From contig OX597814.1 of NCBI GenBank assembly GCA_951406725.2, forward strand, positions 21,080,001 through 21,144,000: a stretch of DNA of 64,000 nucleotides, in the 5' to 3' direction. Origin of the DNA: Octopus vulgaris (taxonomy: Eukaryota). Under the pieces are notes generated by a model. The model was given only the letters and a program-made list of their open reading frames with translations. It searched no databases and was not told the origin of the DNA. Position 1 is the stretch's first letter. Each line of letters starts with the position of its first letter. The position numbers and the translations under genes were made by a program. Below are positions 62,226-64,000 of this stretch, piece after piece.

Positions 62226-63352
62226 AAAGGCGAACGGGCAGAATCGTTAGCACGCCGGACCAAAGGCTTAGCAGCATTGCTTCCGGCTTTATGTTCTGTG
62301 TCCTAATTCCCTTGAGGTCAATTTTCATCCTTTTGAAGATCACTGAAATAAGTTCCAGTCAATCGCTGAGGTGATGTAATCGACTAGCTCCTGTCTCACA
62401 ATACTACAGCACTTTGTGCCTATAGTTAGAAGAATAGATTATCTGTCTATAGAATAGAGTTGTGGATTGGAGTAACGGGTCAGCGTTCGGCCGAAATACT
62501 TTGTGCATTTAGTTTTACTTTGCAGATCTGACTACTATTGATTTTGCCGTTCATTTCTCTGCAGTTGATATGAATGCCCGATATTGTTGTTCATCTTATT
62601 TGTGATAGTGGTGGAAATTTTACCGGTGAGTGTCTTACATTATAAGGCACAAAAAGAAAATGACTCTCCCCAGACGAACCTATGATGAAAGTCATTGTGG
62701 GTATGAGCAACTCGTCCCTTACTTTCAGTATAATTTAATCTCAGAATACATTATTTCGATTGAGTTCCCACATGTTGTTTTTTTTTTTTTTTTTTATCAA
62801 AGATTTTAAAGATTGATTTGTGAGAGATTTATTTGCTATTTCTAGCTTGTTGAGTAAGCGTATAGAGGACCTCTAGTCGGCTTCCTTGTGAAGATGCAGA
62901 CATAAACCATCAGCTCAGATATAAAAACATCATATTCATCACACATGTGTTAACATATCTCTTTGAAATATATTTAAATTTATGCTCAGTAGTTTAGCTG
63001 ATAAATCGACACCAGAACTTCTACGAATTTCATTTGTGTGAGAAAAATAGTGATGTAATCAAGAGACGAAAAATCATCTGTTCTATTGATAACATTACTG
63101 AATTCAGAAATTATTGAAGGCTTTATGAGTTTACAATAATATTGAAGGCTTTATGAGTTTACAAAGTGCTGTAGTATTGTGAGACAGGAGCTAGTCGATT
63201 ACATCACTCCAGCGATTGACTGGAACTTATTTCATCGATCTTCAAAAGGATGAAAATTGACCTCAAGGGAATTAGGACACAGAACATAAAGCCGGAAGTA
63301 ATGCTGTTAAGCCTTTGATCCGGCGTGCTAATGATTCTGCCCGTTCGCCTTT
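62226..63352. repeat. Inverted pair of near-identical divergent family B SINE copies
   Basis: 62226-62417 versus reverse complement of 63161-63352, about 8 differences, sharing variants absent from other copies in the window. Confidence 0.9.
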
Positions 63353-63510
63353 GGGAATAGTTTTTTCAATAATACGTGGTAAACTTTTCCTACTTTATTG
63401 TGCACATCTATCTACCTGTCTATCTGCTTGTCTGTCTCCATGTATGTGTGTGTGTGTTACCTCACACACATATATTCATTGTAAACTCTCTCTCTCTCTC
63501 ACACTCTTTG

Positions 63511-63557
<47 letters not shown>

Positions 63558-63562
<5 letters not shown>

Positions 63563-64000
63563 AAATATCAATGTGAGTTATATACAGTAGCGGTAACACA
63601 ACGTGACGTATTTTTGCCATTTCAATATGGCTAACCCCTAAGGGTGGATGCTACTGTAGTTTTTAGCCCCAGGAGGACACACTCCTCCAGCTGGCCATAG
63701 ACACACTTTCTGTGTCCTGTCAGTATTTGCAAAGGGAAGTCATCCATCCCGTCTTCAACTTATGATACACACGGACTCGAGTTTCGAGGTATTGACCTCT
63801 CGTCAGCGTGTGACAATCATAGTTGTCGCCGAGAATTAGATTTCCTTCACAAATACTTATACTTTTTCCAGCGTCCATAGTCGCTGATATTGAAAAAGTG
63901 AAATCAAACAATGATAAATATCAATGTGAGTTATATACAGTAGCGGTAACACAACGTGACGTATTTTTGCCATTTCAATATGGCTAACCCCTAAGGGTGG
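63558..64000. repeat. 353-bp period direct repeat beside (TA)n, running off the window edge
   Basis: 63558-63647 is identical to 63911-64000. Confidence 0.92.
63756..63825 (-). ncRNA. Type I hammerhead ribozyme
   Basis: Minus strand: CAACU AUGAU ugu CACACG CUGACGA GAGGU caau ACCUC GAAAC UCGA GUC^CGUGUG u AUCAU a AGUUG; all core nucleotides intact; stems I and II paired; minimal palindromic stem III. Confidence 0.9.

Overview
This is AT-rich, microsatellite-dense metazoan DNA made almost entirely of transposable elements. The SINE and RTE families suggest an octopod cephalopod (inference). No complete host gene is visible, only a few weak candidate exons. The main elements are: (1) a young, compact 4.24-kb Ty3/Gypsy LTR retrotransposon (20053-24295; 275-bp LTRs, GATAT target-site duplication, gag and pol, one inactivating pol deletion); (2) a decayed near-full-length CR1-group LINE whose ORF1 has CCCH zinc fingers (about 30060-34370, minus); (3) RTE LINE 3' fragments carrying a variable ~60-bp repeat array; (4) mariner, Tc1, hAT, Penelope, Tx1/L1 and Helitron-like relics and many tRNA-derived SINEs; (5) several long inverted repeats beside (TA)n tracts. 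The most interesting signals are these. The Gypsy element has no canonical TGG primer-binding site; instead the 12 nt abutting its 5' LTR are the exact complement of nt 1-12 of tRNA-Phe, suggesting priming by a 5' tRNA fragment. Its LTR can fold end-to-end into a G-U-rich rod, and it has an in-frame G GGA AAC slippery site followed by an H-type pseudoknot. Separately, an intact type I hammerhead ribozyme lies in a 353-bp direct repeat at the right edge of the window (retrozyme-like or Penelope pseudo-LTR). All analysis was done by eye, and boundaries of decayed elements are approximate.
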